From: Scyliorhinus canicula
Taxonomy: Eukaryota
Length of the DNA stretch: 64,000 nt
Reading direction: 5' to 3'
Assembly (NCBI RefSeq): GCF_902713615.1
Contig: NC_052151.1
Span: 165,187,050 to 165,251,049, forward strand
Below the pieces are notes generated by a model, which saw only the letters and a program-made list of their open reading frames with translations, searched no databases and had not been told where the DNA came from. This document shows positions 37,601 to 50,899 of this stretch, one piece after another (the first letter of the stretch is position 1; each line of letters opens with the position of its first letter). Made by a program: the position numbers and the translations under genes.

Positions 37601-39093
37601 AGTCAGGGTTAAAAGCCTGAGTTTGGGTGTGTGTGATTGCTGCAATCATGTTTTTGTTTTAAATCTTCGTTTGAAAGACAACAAAGCTTTTGGAGCCATG
37701 GATGCAATTAAACCACCATTAAAGTCTTGGGCCCATGCAATTTTGTTTGGATTTAAGCAATTCCCTGCGGAGTTAATTAGATTTCAGCTTGGTAAGATGA
37801 TGTAATTACTGGGTGGAGCTGAGTTATCAGGCATTTTGCAGCGAAAGCAGGTCAATGGAGTTCTAGCTCAGGCTGTCACCAGAAGTCAAGCAGTTTGCCC
37901 TCTGCAGTTCAATCAAAAGGCATACCTGCAGGCAGAAGAGAAGTGTGGTTGGAAAGGTGAACAATCCAGCTGAGACATCAGAAGAAATACAAACAGAGTT
38001 TCTGCATGGGTCTGACAGGAGTCAGGGACGGGATTCTCCGCAAACCAGTGGGACGGGCACACTCCGGCACTGAAGAGTGGCGTGAACCACTCCGGCGCTG
38101 GGCCGCCCAGAATGTGTGGAATCCTCTGGGGCTAGTCCGGCGCCGGGGTGTTTGGCGCCACGCTTGCCAGCGCAGAAAGGCTTGGTGCCACGCCAACCGG
38201 CACCAAAGGGCCTCTGCCGGCAGTTGCCGCGTGCGCGGGAGCGCCAGTGTGTGCTGGCGTCATCCCAGCATATGCGCAGCAGGGTTCTTCTCCGCACCGG
38301 TCATGGCAGAGGTTGACAGCGGCCGATGCGGAGGGAAAGAGGCCCACCCGCGGATTGGTGGGCCCGATTGTGGGCCAGGCCACCGTGGAGGCACCCCCCG
38401 GGAATAGACCCCCTCTGGCCGCTCCGAGGACTCTGCAGGCCGCCCGTGGAGCCAGGTCCTGCCGGTAAGGACCTGTTGTGATTTACGCTGGCGGCACCTG
38501 CCGAAACAGGGCCTGAGAATCACCGGGGGGGGGGGGACGCTACCAGCAGCCGCCGCCGACCAGCACGCCACGATTCCCGGCCCCGCCAAAATCCCGGCGC
38601 CGGAGAATTCGTCAGTCGGCAGAGGCGGGATTCATGCCGCTCCCACCCAGCGATTCTCCGACCCGGCGGAGGGTCAGAGAATCTCGCCCCAGATCTTTTC
38701 TTTAGTGCAGTGACAAGAGATCTCTCTTTCTCAAAGAACATCTCTGTAAAACAAGTGTTCCTGAGTCCCAGTAGATGTTTAATAGTGAATTGAGAACGAG
38801 ACTGTTTTTTGTTGTTTAAGTAGGAATAAAGATAGAAGTTAAGGGTATTGTATTTACCGTACTGAGTCGCATTGTTTCAGGGGTAACTAAGTTATTTGTT
38901 GGTGTGATGTTGAAGGCATTTAAAATCTGTGTTAATAATAAAGTTTGTTTAAATATGCTATATCCCTATTTCTTTATGCAATTACACCTGGAGCAAAGGT
39001 ATTGTTTCCTCAAAGTTTTACAAAATTAAAATAAAATATTGGGGTTTCTGTCCAATATTCTAGTCACTTTGGGAACTGGTTTGGGATTATAAT
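34663..39093 (+). mobile_element. Gmr1-like Gypsy LTR retrotransposon (INT-RT-RH order), 5'-truncated, with 3' LTR
   Basis: Integrase ~34800-35870 (FYWPGLH...CCTCHTC, IDCV, SRFPEAIPL, SDQGSNF, FSGPY) precedes RT ~36050-36750 (WSSP..PKPDGTQRLCVD, MPFG, IDD) and RNase H ~36970-37345 (GIGAVLLQ, YSTITKE, HNPL). PPT aaagggggagg (37540-37550), then LTR starting tgtgatg at 37551. Confidence 0.88.
38026..38689. mobile_element. Harbinger-like MITE inserted in the Gypsy LTR
   Basis: Termini ggacgggattctcc...gagaatctcgccc; CAG on both sides. Confidence 0.8.
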
Positions 39094-39375
39094 ATAAGTG
39101 GCCATTTATTGGCCAGTCAAGGGCCTTAATAGACCTAATGGCAGTTGTCAGGCGGACATCTTATCTGCCCACCATATTTTTGGCACAGCTCAGAGGTGCT
39201 GGGTAGGTATTTGGCTAGCCACACATCCTATTTTATGTGATTCCATGACACCCCACCCCCCACCTGAAAATATGCCGGCAGAGGTCGAGGCCAATAGGGC
39301 GTGTGGTACTGCATACATATAAGGATTTGAAATTGTTTGGATAAAGTGTTTGATTTTGATTTTCTCTCTCCACAG

Positions 39376-39555
39376 CAGTACGAGAAACCTCTTTCAGAAA
39401 TGGATCCAAAACTATTAAGTGAAAGGAAATTAAAAATGGTGTTTTACCGTATAAAGCAGATTCTTCAGTGCCATTCCTTGTTCCAGATTGCCTTAGCTAG
39501 TCGTGTGATGGAGTGGGATTCAGTTGAAATGATTGGAGATGTCTTTGTTGCCTCA
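39376..39555 (+). CDS. ARHGEF10: ARHGEF10 coding exon, DH domain ([12 protein letters not shown]...[10 protein letters not shown])
   Basis: Pyrimidine tract + cacag| acceptor and |gtaagt donor; 180 nt; lies within ORF 39337..39567. Confidence 0.95.
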
Positions 39556-39585
39556 GTAAGTCTTTGAATGAAACTACATTGTTAT

Positions 39586-41240
39586 GGGGTGGGATTTTCT
39601 GCTCCTCCCCCATTCTCTTGCCCACATTCTGCCGGCTCCAATGGAGTTACTGGACATACTGGTGAGGCCTCACCCGGGTGCCAATTGGTACTGGTCTCCA
39701 CAAGCGGAGATCAGGTGTAATAGCCACTCTGGGGGTCTCGGAGGCCATTGGAGCCCTCCTGGTGGTCAGGGACAGGGAAGAGAAGTGCTTTGGCACTCCC
39801 CCGGCACCTAAGCACCATGGCAGTGCCAACCAGGGAGGCCATGCCCATGAAAGTGGGGGTGAAGGGGCACCATGAAGTTTGAAGTGGGTGTCCTGAAAGG
39901 GAGGCGGGACTTGAAAGGGGGGAGTCCCTAAAGGTGAGGCCCTCAGTGACACCTTAGCGAGGTATACTCACTTGGGGTTGGTGGGAAGACGATGCGCACA
40001 AGGATGGATGGGTGTGGGGCAGGGTCACCCTTACGCCTGGGTGGTGGGTGGGGGAGCTCACGCTTAATTGTATTGATGGGGGAGGTTGCCCCTTAGGGTT
40101 TGAGGGTTAGGGGTGTTGCACATGTCTGCAGGGGGTCATAATATCCATGGTGAGGTTTGTGGGGCACCCTAAATCTCACTTTGAGATTGGGGCACCCTTT
40201 CACAAGGGTGCCCCTATCACAGAGGAGCCACTCTGGCTGACGAGTTCAGGTCCCAGTGCAGAATCAAATTTGAAGTTTGGGACTGAGCAGTGAGTAACTT
40301 CCCAAACATCAAAGAAATGACCAAGTTTGGGTGAATACAGGTCTGGAAGCTTTCGAATTCATCGCTTTTGCCTCCGACACCTCAGGTGAGTGCCATTCAG
40401 CACTGTCTCCACAAACGTGGACCAGACGGAATGGCACTTGTAGGGGGTCTCCCAGGGGATCTGAGGTTTACAGTTGCATGCTCTTGGGGCGGGGGTTGCC
40501 CTAGAATGGCTGGTGCCACCTGGGCACCCTGACGGTGTCAGGCTGGCACCTTGGTAGTGTCACCTGGGTGCCATCCTCATCCTGCCAAGGTCCTCGGGTG
40601 GCACTGCCAGCTGGCATGGCCAGGTTTCCAGGTTGGCACTACCAAGTGTGGGCGATGGGGCTTCGGGTGCCCAATGGGGGTGCTGGGGGGCCAGGGACGG
40701 AACCCTACCATAGTGTGTTCAGGTCGGGGGTCACTTTGCAGGCCTTAGAGGTCAGGATGCCATTAAAAAATAGCGTCCCGATCTCTCGCTACACTGGGGG
40801 GTTCCAGTGAGCGGAGCGCCTCAGGGTGCAAAATGGGGCTATGCGCATTCCCCACAGCAGCACTGTGGTTAGCACTACTGCCTTACAGTGCCAGGGACCC
40901 GGGTTCAATTCTGTCTTTCGGTCACTGTCTGTGTTGAGTTTGTACATTCTCCCCATGTCTGCATGCGTTTCCCCTGGGTGATCTGGTTTCCTCCCACAGT
41001 CCAAAGATGTATGGGGTAGGTAGATTGACCATGCTAAATTTCCCCATAGTGTCCAGCGATATGACGGTTAGGTTATGGGATTGCAGGGATAGGGTGTGAC
41101 AGGGATCGGTACAGACTCGATGGACCGAATGGCCTCTTCTGCACTGTCGGGGATTCTGCACAGCACGACTAGCGCTGTGAAACACGTGGCTAAACGCACT
41201 CACTGTGGGACTAGTGTTCCCAATTAGTTGAATCGCATCT
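39586..41240. mobile_element. GC-rich Harbinger-like element(s) with nested HE1 SINE
   Basis: Starts gggtgggattttct and ends near gaatcgcatc; boundaries approximate. Confidence 0.5.
40855..41157 (+). mobile_element. HE1 V-SINE with CR1-type tail
   Basis: Head gtggttagcact...gggttcaattc, V-domain and tail gatggaccgaatggcctcttctgcactgt. Confidence 0.85.
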
Positions 41241-42515
41241 GTAGTCCCCATTCCTTCTTCATCACTGGGTCAAAATCAAAATCCTGGAACTCCCTCCCTC
41301 TCAGCACTGTGGGAGTACATTTACAAAGCCTGCGGTACACCACAACCTGAAGGGCATTTAGGGAAGGGCAGTTAATGTTGGCCTTGCCAATGGCTACGTC
41401 CTATTTCTGATTTCAATATAAATGAAACTCAAGTTTATTAATTCTGTGCCAATATCATTCATTGGATAAGTGGGCTACACAGATCAACGGTCTTGCTTTG
41501 TTATTGCACATGAGTTTATAGAATGAAGTTAGTGATATATTTCGGTCACAACAGTATCAATGTAAAGAAGGTTATATAAAACATATAATTGTTAGTAAAA
41601 TATATCTTGGAAGATCTGCCCTCCTTTAAATAATATTTATTTTGTTCTGTATTAAATTTTAAAAGTGGTGTTATAATGAAATCAGTACAAAATAGTATTT
41701 AATAAAATGCACATACTTTGAACCGTGTTGTTGACTTAAATAGCTGGGTGAATGGGCAAATTTTCTTGATTCTTCCACGATGTGGAGAGACCATAGATAC
41801 TGATGGGTAAAAAAAGCCTGACAACACTGCTAAATATCAATGCTCTGTTTTTTATTGGATGTTTGGGAAGTTGAACATTACAGGACAGATCCTTAAACAG
41901 TCAGAACAAAATGTGAGGAAACTGAAATGGAAGTCAAAGTGATTTAAAAACAGAATCATAAATGAAAGTTGATCATTAAGCGTGACACATTTTAACTTCT
42001 AACCCGTGTAGACAATATGATTGGATCAATTATTTCAAGCAGATTGTTTGAAGTTCAAAGTTCCTGCAGGTTGAGACATTACAATGGCATTATTCAGATT
42101 TGTGGCTTTATGACCCCATAGCTGACAAACAATTGCAGGATCTGTTTAGTCAGCAAAAAAGAATGGACATTTTGGTGAAATGATTGAAAAGAAAACTCAA
42201 TGCTTGCTCATGCAAACGTCTGCAAAAATCTCAACTTGAACTTTGCTCCTTTTTAAGTAGGCCTTTCAAAATGAAAATGTTGTTTGTGCTGAAAACTCTA
42301 TCCGTTCATCCGCAAACTCATCAGGAACATTTTCTTCAACCCAGATTCAGTCGAATGCATAAAAGAACTGTTCGATGATGAAAATGAATCCTCCTGAGTT
42401 GGAGGATAAACAAACTTAGCTTTCATTTATCAAGTAAAATTTGGAATTCTGAGTGCCGAGTTCCTTCAACTTAAAGTATTGGATTTTCAAAGCTGTAATT
42501 TTGTTTCTGTTGCAG

Positions 42516-42632
42516 TTTTCCAAGTCGATGGTGCTTGATGCATACAGTGAATACGTGAACAATTTTAGCACCGCTATGGGAATTATTAAGAAAGTCTGTG
42601 CCACCAAACCCGCCTTTCTGGAATTTTTGAAG
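42516..42632 (+). CDS. ARHGEF10: ARHGEF10 coding exon, DH domain ([39 protein letters not shown])
   Basis: tgttgcag| acceptor and |gtaaat donor; 117 nt; lies within ORF 42453..42653. Confidence 0.95.
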
Positions 42633-43899
42633 GTAAATATTTGGTGGAGGTAAAATTATGTTTCAGTTGTGAGACTGAACCACAGAGTGCACCTTTTGGG
42701 TGGGTGTGGAGCCATTTGGAGGTAACTCATTTCTGCTGCTGCCAAGTAGCAGTGGAACAACAAAATGTGTCCCCAAGCAGGGGAAGAGAAAATTCATCTG
42801 AAGACCCGCTCTTGATTTCTGTCCTGAAGCCCCAGATGAGAACTGCATGGAGACAAACACTGGACGAGGATTTTGTGATCCTGCCGTCACTTGCTGTCTC
42901 GCTTGTGCAACATGCAACAAGAACGCCCATCGGCTGCTAATCCCCAGTGAGGGAAACATGAAGAGACGAAGCAAACAAAAACTTGCAAATGCATTTAATA
43001 CATGGATTACTAACCCAGTTGATCAATGGAGTGTAACCTCCCCCTATTATTTCCCCATACTCTGGAACACTCCCATCCTCCATCTCGCTACCCATCTTCC
43101 CACCTTTAAATCCTCTTGTTAGCCTCATGTTTTGAAGACCCCTTTCATCATTTTTTCCCCCTAGTTATCATTGTACGGCTACTTTTGACCTTACTCTCAA
43201 TTGTTAAGAGCTTTCAAATGTTGAGTTGCATTGTAAGGAGGCATTTCAAGTAGAACTAAATATTATTAAGCATGATTGGTTGCAATTTTATTTTACGCTT
43301 TGTTCAACACTGAAGAAAAGGGTATTTTTAAACAGCCATTCTGTAGGCTGTGCTGTAATTGATCAAAACATGCACTGCCTCTACATTCTCTTCTCCTGCA
43401 CATTGCTTTTCAAAGTATATTATGCAGTTCTGAATGCAAATTTAGTACCCTTGAGGTGAAAGCTGACAATCTCCAGTACTAATTTAAGCCACATTTATTT
43501 ACCCTGGAAGTGAGCGTTGCTGTCAAAGCTGGCATTTATTGCTCACCCCTAGTTGTCCTTGAGAAAGTATTGGGAGAGCAGTTTTGTGACAATGATCGAC
43601 TTTGACTCGGTTGGCCAGTACGACAAACTGAACAGATTCGATGTCACTTTTGCTGACATCAGACTTTTTATAACCAGATTTGTTACAACTGAATCTAAAT
43701 TGGCAAACTGCCCTGGTGAGACTTGAACCCATCTTTTTTGAATCATTAGGTCAGGCCTCCAGGCGACTGGTCCTGCGACATTATTCTCAGCCTACTACTT
43801 ATGGAAACAATTGGCACAGTTACGATCATAACTGTCAATTACAATCAATATGTATTTGGGAGATTATATATACAATATATTAAGCTAGAAGATGTTGAT

Positions 43900-46800
43900 T
43901 GTGTTCCAGATGTCACACCATAAAAAAGCAAGTGAACAGGAGTGCAAATACTCAAAACAAATAAATACTTAACATCCCGCCTCCCACTCCCCAACCCCCC
44001 TACCTTTTCCCAGTTTCAGAGGTCCCGAGTCCCACCATTCCAATAAGATCTGTCTTACTAGGCTACCAGGGAGGCAAAGGCCAAGCCGTCGGCCTCTCTC
44101 GCCCCCTGGACGCCCGGGTCCTCTGACACTCCAAAGATCACCACTTCTCGAATCAGGTCCACCTTCACCCCAAGACCTCTGACATAATGGGCAAAATTAT
44201 CCGCCCCAGCAGGGTCTGAGAATCGCCTGGGGCTGCCGAAAATCCCGCTCCCGCCGTGGCAGAGATTCTCCGCCACCCGGGAAGTGGCGGTGGCGGGAAT
44301 CACGTCACTCCGATCGGCGAGGCCCCTGCGGCGTTTCTCCGGCCCGGATGGGCCGAAGTCCCGCCGCTGGGAGGCCTCTCCCGCCGCCGAGGTTTGAACC
44401 AGCTCTGGTGGCGGCGGGATCGGCGCCGCGACCGGGCCCCCGGGGTCCTGGGGGGGCGGGGCGATCGGACCCCGGGGGGTGCCCCCACGGTGGCCAGGCC
44501 TGCGATCGGGCCCCCCCGCTCAGACTCCGGGCCAGTGCCCTGGGTGCACTCTTTCTCCACCGCCGCCACGGCCTCCGCCATTGCGGAAGCAGAAGAGAAA
44601 CCCACCTCGCGCATGCACCGATCGGTGAAAGCCTTTCGGCCAGCCTCGCTGCTGGGCGGCGGGCCTGAAAGGCCGCTGGTGCCGGTTTTTTGTGCCAGTC
44701 TTTTGGTGCCAACCGCTCCGGCGCGGGGCTAGCCCCCAAAGGTGCGGAGAATTCTCGGTTGGTACATTGTCATCTCCTTGCGGAGGACGTTCTTTACCTG
44801 TAGGTGTTGCAGTTCGATCCCATTGGGTTGTTGTAGTTTTTCTGTGTTTCCTCTGTGTAGAATCCCTAACGGTCAGTGACCCCCCCCCCCCCCCCCATCC
44901 TGTCTCCACCTCCTCCTAAAGGTGGCACCTAGCATGGGGCTGCATAAACATGTGGTTGTACAGATGGGGGCCATACTGGACATTACTCCAAAGTGCTGTC
45001 TCATTTGATTCCAGCTTTGGAGTGTGGCTGCCATCACTGGGCTTGTTGAGTGTTTCGCTGGCAGGCATGGGAGTGTTGCTGTCCTCCATCTTTACTGCCA
45101 CCCCCACCCCCATATACACACACACACACTCACACAAACGGCATAATTATTTTTTCGCCCGAGTTAAAGGAGACATTGGGGATATAGATCAGTATGGATC
45201 TGAACAGGAAGAGGAACCTGGGCAGTGCGTTCATCTTGATCATCTGCACCCTCCCATCTCGGTAGGTCCTTTTTAACTTCCTCCGCCAGACTAGCCAGGT
45301 TCCACTTGTGGACCTGTGTACAGTCGAGGACATACTGGATCCCCAGGTAGCGGAATTTGCTTTGAGCTTGTTTGAACGGTAGTCCCGCCAGCTCTACCCC
45401 CTCCCCCTTTCGCGTTCACAGCGAAGACTTCACTCTTGCTCAGGTTGAGCTTGTGGCCCGAGGGCTCCAAACTCTCCCAGGTGTTTCAGGATTCCGTCCA
45501 TGCTGTTTTGCAGGTCTGAGATGTAGAAGAGCAGGTCACCCGCACAGAGTGAGACTCTGTGCTCTCTGCCTCCTCTTCGGATTCCCTTCCAGCTTCTCGC
45601 CACTCTTGAGGGTGATCGCCAATGGCTCAATTACCCCGGCGAATAGGAACGTGGACAGCGGGCATGCTGCCTTGTGCCTCTGTGCAGTTAGAAGTATTCA
45701 GAGCTGCTGCTGGTCCATACACTCGCCATGGAGGTATTGTACAGTTATTGAACCCTGTCCCCAGCCCAAACAGTTCTAGTACCTCAATGAGGTACTTCCA
45801 GTCGACTCTGTCGAACGTCATTTCTGCATCCACGGAGATGATCATTTCTTGTGTTCTATCCCTGGATGGGTCATTATCACATTTATCAGTCGCCTGATGA
45901 TGGCTGTTAGCTGTGTACCCTTAACAAGGCCTGTCTGGTCTTCTGCGACCACCTCTGGGACGCAATTCTCCAGTCGCCTAACCAGGATGTTTGCGAGTAT
46001 TTTTGCATCCACATTGAACAGCAAAATGGGTATGTGTGATCCGCATTCAGGTGTGTCTTTGATTTTATTAGGTATCAGTGATATCGTCGCTTGTGTTAGC
46101 ATTGGAGGTAAAGTGCCCCTCACTAGCAAGTTTGTGAACACCTTCCGCAAATGTGGAGCCAGTGCTGTCGCGCATTTCTGTAGAAGCCCGCTGGGAACCC
46201 ATGAGGTCCCGATTCCTTCCCTGTCTGCATGGAGCGAATGTTCTCCCTGACCTCTCCCAGTCCCAGTGGTGCTTTCATCCTCTTCCTTCTATCATCCCCA
46301 ACAACTGGCATGTCCAGTCCATCGAGGAACTGTTTCATCACCCTGTCCCCGTCGGGGGGGCTCAGAGGTGTATATCCCCTGGTAGAAGGCGTTGTTGACC
46401 TTTTTTGGGTCAGCAACCAGTCAGTCTTTACTATCCTTCACCTGCATTATCTCCATCGTGGCTGCCTGCTTTCTCGGCTGGTGAGCCAGCAGGAGGCTGG
46501 CACTGTCTCCATATTGGTAGAAGGTGCCCCGTATCTGGCAGAGTTGGTGCACTGCCTTCCTGGTGGAGAGCAGGCTAATTCCATTTGTAGCTTTTTCCTC
46601 TCCACCAGAAGCTCTATTGTTGGGGCATTGGAGTATCTTCTGTCTACCTCCAGAATGGAGTCGATTAGTTGTTGTCTAGCAACCCTCTCTTCCCTGTCTC
46701 TGCGTACCTTGTGCACGATGATCTCTTCTCTGATCATAGCCTTCAGCACCTCCAAGAACGTGGAGGGTGAGACCTCCCCATTCTGGTTGTTACTAATATA

Positions 46801-47105
46801 CTTGTCTACGGTCCATAACCATCGCCGCAGTAAACACCGTCCTCTTATTTATCAATTTGGCCACCCCCCGAGCTCTCATCCTGTAACATTAATGGTACAT
46901 CTGTCCCACCCAGCCCTCCTTACCTGCAGTCAGTTCTTCTCCCTCGGGTGTGTCTCTTGGAGGAAGAGTATGTCGGTTTTCATACTTTTCCGGTGGGCGA
47001 AGTCTCTGGATCTTTTCATTGGGCTGTTCAGTCTCCTGACGTTCCAGGTGACTATGCTGATGGGGGTTATTTGAACCCCCCCCTTCTGCAGGATCAACCA
47101 TACTT
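43900..47105 (-). mobile_element. Degraded, rearranged L1/Tx1-clade LINE with nested MITE (44189-44757)
   Basis: VTWNVRRLN endonuclease start near 47050; LFNVDAKILANIL, VDAEMTFDRVDW, EVVIFGVSEDPG; large internal deletions. Confidence 0.8.
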
Positions 47106-47214
47106 GAGTTGTGGATGCGGTTACTGAGAATGTAATTCTTAATTTTACATTTTATTCAGTTGCATTAAAATTTTCCACTGTGCTGGAAGCACTTGTTTTT
47201 TAATTTTCATTAAA

Positions 47215-47415
47215 TATCCTTCCGATCAAACTTGGCCAATCCACCTAACCTGCATATCTTTGGGCTGTAGGAGGAAACCGGATCACCCGGAGGAAACCCA
47301 CACAGACACGGGGAGAAAGTGTAAACTCCACACCGAGAGTCACCCAGAGCTGGAATTGAACCCGGGTCCCTGGCCCTTTGAGGCAGTAGTGCTAACGACT
47401 GTGCCACCGTGCCAG
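47215..47415 (-). mobile_element. HE1-like V-SINE
   Basis: Reverse complement of head ggcacggtggcacag...gggttcaattcc plus V-domain. Confidence 0.85.
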
Positions 47416-48512
47416 CCTACATTTTCCACATCCATTTTTGTGCAGCAACTCGTTGTTCTTTGCGTTGTCTCCGTCTTCTGTGACTTAAATAAGACATGAA
47501 TCGGAGGCTCAAATCCAGCCCCCCCCAACCCTTCCTTGAGTCCATTGGTTTGTAGAATTGAGTTCTGCATGACAACCTGTCATGTTCTACTTAGATGCAG
47601 CAATTATGACAGGTTAAAAGAAGTTATGATTAAGATATGAAAAGCCAGTTATGATTATCTTTTGGACTTATCAGTGTAAAATCTCATTGTCACTCCCTGA
47701 GTGGTAATCTGACAGATTTGATGGCCAATCCATTATTAGGTCCTCTGCACAACGGGATCCCTGGAGTCACAGCGCGACCGTGCGATGCTGAGATAAGAGG
47801 GTCACAATCTTTCACATTTCCTGTTTGTATCAACGATCCGGTCATGATTATAGAAGCTGCTGGTGACTTTCAGCTGTGCATTCAGATCAGATCCTACGCA
47901 CACATCCCTCGATGCTCCCAGCACCAACATCAGCACATCTTTGGTTTCCTCTGAATTGAAACCCTGTTGGTTTCATCACAATGAGTTGGCAGCAGGTGGA
48001 CTCACTTTCCCTTCCTGTTTCCTCCTCAAACTTCAGGCAGTCTGGATTGGGACATTGTGGAAGTAAACCCAGTTCCAGAAATCTACAATTACTCCTTAAA
48101 ATGTGGAGAACTCTGTTCAAAGCGTATCCCTGACCCTGGAGCATGGCGAGGTTTATTTGATGCTCTCTGCATTAAGCTTCTGGAGGGCCTTTCCACCCCA
48201 TCTGATTATCCCTAAAGTTCGGCTGGCCCAGCAGATAACAATGCATTGGGAAAACATAAAGGTGTGCCTCAATAATGCTGCCATACCTTGGAATCAGTCT
48301 CCAGAGTTGCCCAGAGCCAAAACTACCCTGGAAAGCACTCTCTTTACCATGTTTACAGTGCCATGCCCAGTTTTTAATGAGTAAATCATGAATTGGAAGC
48401 AAAGGAGAGAGGAGTTTTAAAAAAAAAAATTGAAATATTTTTAAACTTATTGCAACCAAATCATCTGTATGGTATCTGTATGCTGCACTAAATGAGTATC
48501 CTTCCTCACCAG

Positions 48513-48605
48513 CAATGCCATGAGTCAAGCGCTGATCGTATTACGTTGTATGGGTTAATGATGAAGCCAATTCAGCGGTTTCCACAGTTCATCCTTTTAC
48601 TGCAG
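48513..48605 (+). CDS. ARHGEF10: ARHGEF10 coding exon, DH domain ([31 protein letters not shown])
   Basis: ctcaccag| acceptor and |gtaaac donor; 93 nt; DH conserved region 3 motif [12 protein letters not shown]. Confidence 0.95.
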
Positions 48606-49021
48606 GTAAACACATTTATCTTGATCTAAATAGTCACTTTTTATCGAATAAGATACAGCATTGTAAAATAATTTATTTTCTGTTATTGGAATGAGGTTTG
48701 ACAATAGTACTTTTCTTTCTACCCCACCTTGAAAATGATTTCTCCGTAACAGAGGGTAGATGTTGTGTTACTGATACTTCATTGATACAGATTCTTGCTG
48801 TGCCAATTGGAGCTGGAGGAGATGTTAACTTCAGTGTTCTCTTTTGAACTGATGGAAAGACTAGTCATTCCATCATGTCTATAAGCTTACGACTTGAGTA
48901 GTGATGTCAACAATCGTCAACATTAGAGATAATTCCTGACTCTCAGGCTGGTTGCTTCTGTTAAGGGTTTATACAATTCAATAACATTTTTATTGTTATA
49001 AGGCTTTATGTAACTGAAGGG

Positions 49022-49292
49022 ATATAAAGGGACATAGCTTTAAATTGAGGGGTGATAGATATAGGACAGATGTCAGAGGCAGTTTCTTTACTCAGAGAGT
49101 AGTAGGGGTGTGGAACGCCCTGCCTGCAATAGTAGTAGACTCGCCAACTTTAAGGGCATTTAAGTGGTCACTGGATAGACATATGGATGAAAATGGAATA
49201 GTGTAGGCCAGATAGGCTTCAGATGGTTTCACAGGTCGGCGCAACATCGAGGGCCGAAGGGCCCGTACTGCGCTGTAGTGTTCTATGTTCTA
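49022..49292 (+). mobile_element. CR1 (HER1-like) 3' fragment
   Basis: Closely similar to the 3' part of 49683-50260; tail gagggccgaagggcccgtactgcgctgtagtgttctatgttct. Confidence 0.88.
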
Positions 49293-49682
49293 AATGCAGT
49301 ACATGATTTTTATGAATGAGAGGTTTTTTTCAACATGGTAAAGTCTGCAAGAGGTACCTAAAACTATTTTATACAGCTTTATGTTATCTCTGCATGGGTG
49401 CTGAGGTCCGTCCATGGTGGATACTAGGTGAGTTCACATGGGAGGTGTAAGGATAAAGGACAGCTGGATGAAATGAGTTGGCAAAGGGGCAATGAAGGGC
49501 CATGGGGTAGTTACATGGACATAGATTAGTATTGAAGGTATGAGGGTCCATGGGTGGGTGGGTACAAGAACATAGGTTGGCTTGGAGGATGTGTGGGGGC
49601 CATGGGGATTGGTACAGGAGCATAGATTGGTATGGAGGGCATGAGGAGTTATTGGGTGGGTACAGGGCATGATGTAGCATGT

Positions 49683-50260
49683 GTTTGAGTTTCGGAGCCA
49701 TGAGGTCATGTTGCAGTTGTACAAAACTCTGGTGCGGCCGAATTTGGAGTATTGTGTGCAGTTCTGGTCGCCACATTATAGGAAGGATGTGGAAGCATTG
49801 GAAAGGGTACAGAGGAGATTTACAAGAATGTTGCCTGGCATGGAGGGAAGATCATATGAGGAAAGGCTGAAGGACTTGAGGCTGTTTTCGTTAGAGAGAA
49901 GAAGGTTAAGAGGGGACTTAATTGAGGCATACAAGATGATCAGAGGATTAGATAGGGTAGACAGTGAGAGCCTTTTTCCTCGGATGGTGATGTCCAGCAC
50001 GAGGAGACATAGCTTTAAATTGAGGGGAGATAGATATAGGACAGATGTCAGAGGTAGGTTCTTTACTCAGAGAGTAGTAAGGGCATGGAATGCCCTGCCT
50101 GCAACAGTAGTGGACTGGCCAACACTAAACGCATTCAAATGGTCATTGGGTAGGCATATGGACGATAAGGGAATAGTGTAGAGGGACTTCAGAAGGGTTT
50201 CACAGGACGGCGCAACATCGAGGGCCGAAGTGCCTGTACTGCGCTGTTATGTTCTATGTT
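49683..50260 (+). mobile_element. CR1 (HER1-like) 3' fragment
   Basis: ORF 49681..50181 LYKTLVRPNLEYCVQFWSPHY...LERRRLRGDLIE; gttctatgtt tail. Confidence 0.92.
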
Positions 50261-50899
50261 TGCATTGATGTAGCATGGGGAATCTGTGGAGGGCTGCTGG
50301 AGGGATGTTTCATTCTCCTTAAAATAATTCTGGGCATAGTGCCGGAGCCCCAAGGCAGGCCTTATGCTCAGCCGGCCTCTGCATCTCACATCCTCCTTGC
50401 TACCTCCAGGGTCGCCCGCCCCAACTAGAAATCAAACATCCAGGTAGCCATATTTAAAAGTTGGGTTCACTGAGCGGGAAATTCTCCCGAATCTGCGTAT
50501 CCGACTCGTGGACAAAAATCCAGGCCCTGGTTTTCCACTGGATTAGAAACTACCTTTTACATTGGAGCTGAATTCAAACATTGCCCAAACCATTGAACGT
50601 AAACTTTCTGTACACTCTATGAAATGAATTTGAAGAGTCTCAAGCCAGTTCCAAGGTCAAACATATAATGCAATATAATTGACCTAAGTGTCACAATAAT
50701 GTTGTTTTCAAGAAAACACTATTGGTGTGTTATGGGGTGAATTTCTCAAACTGGAATGGAGACATGCTACAAGTGGAGCATGGATGAACAATGCTTTAGC
50801 TTGCCTGTGTTGCATGATGCCTGATGTGCAAGGCTATTCAATTCCCCAGCAATTGTATGCTTAACCTTGCTGACCATGACAGAAAATTATTTAATTTTG

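Noticed and set aside
48496-48509. GTATCCTT (U12-type donor consensus) and branch-like ttcctcac just before the exon acceptor; also GTATCCTTT at 54656
   Set aside because: The upstream donor (gtaaat) is U2-type, the motif is only 17 nt from the AG, and no exon ends at either site; probably chance pyrimidine-tract sequence.
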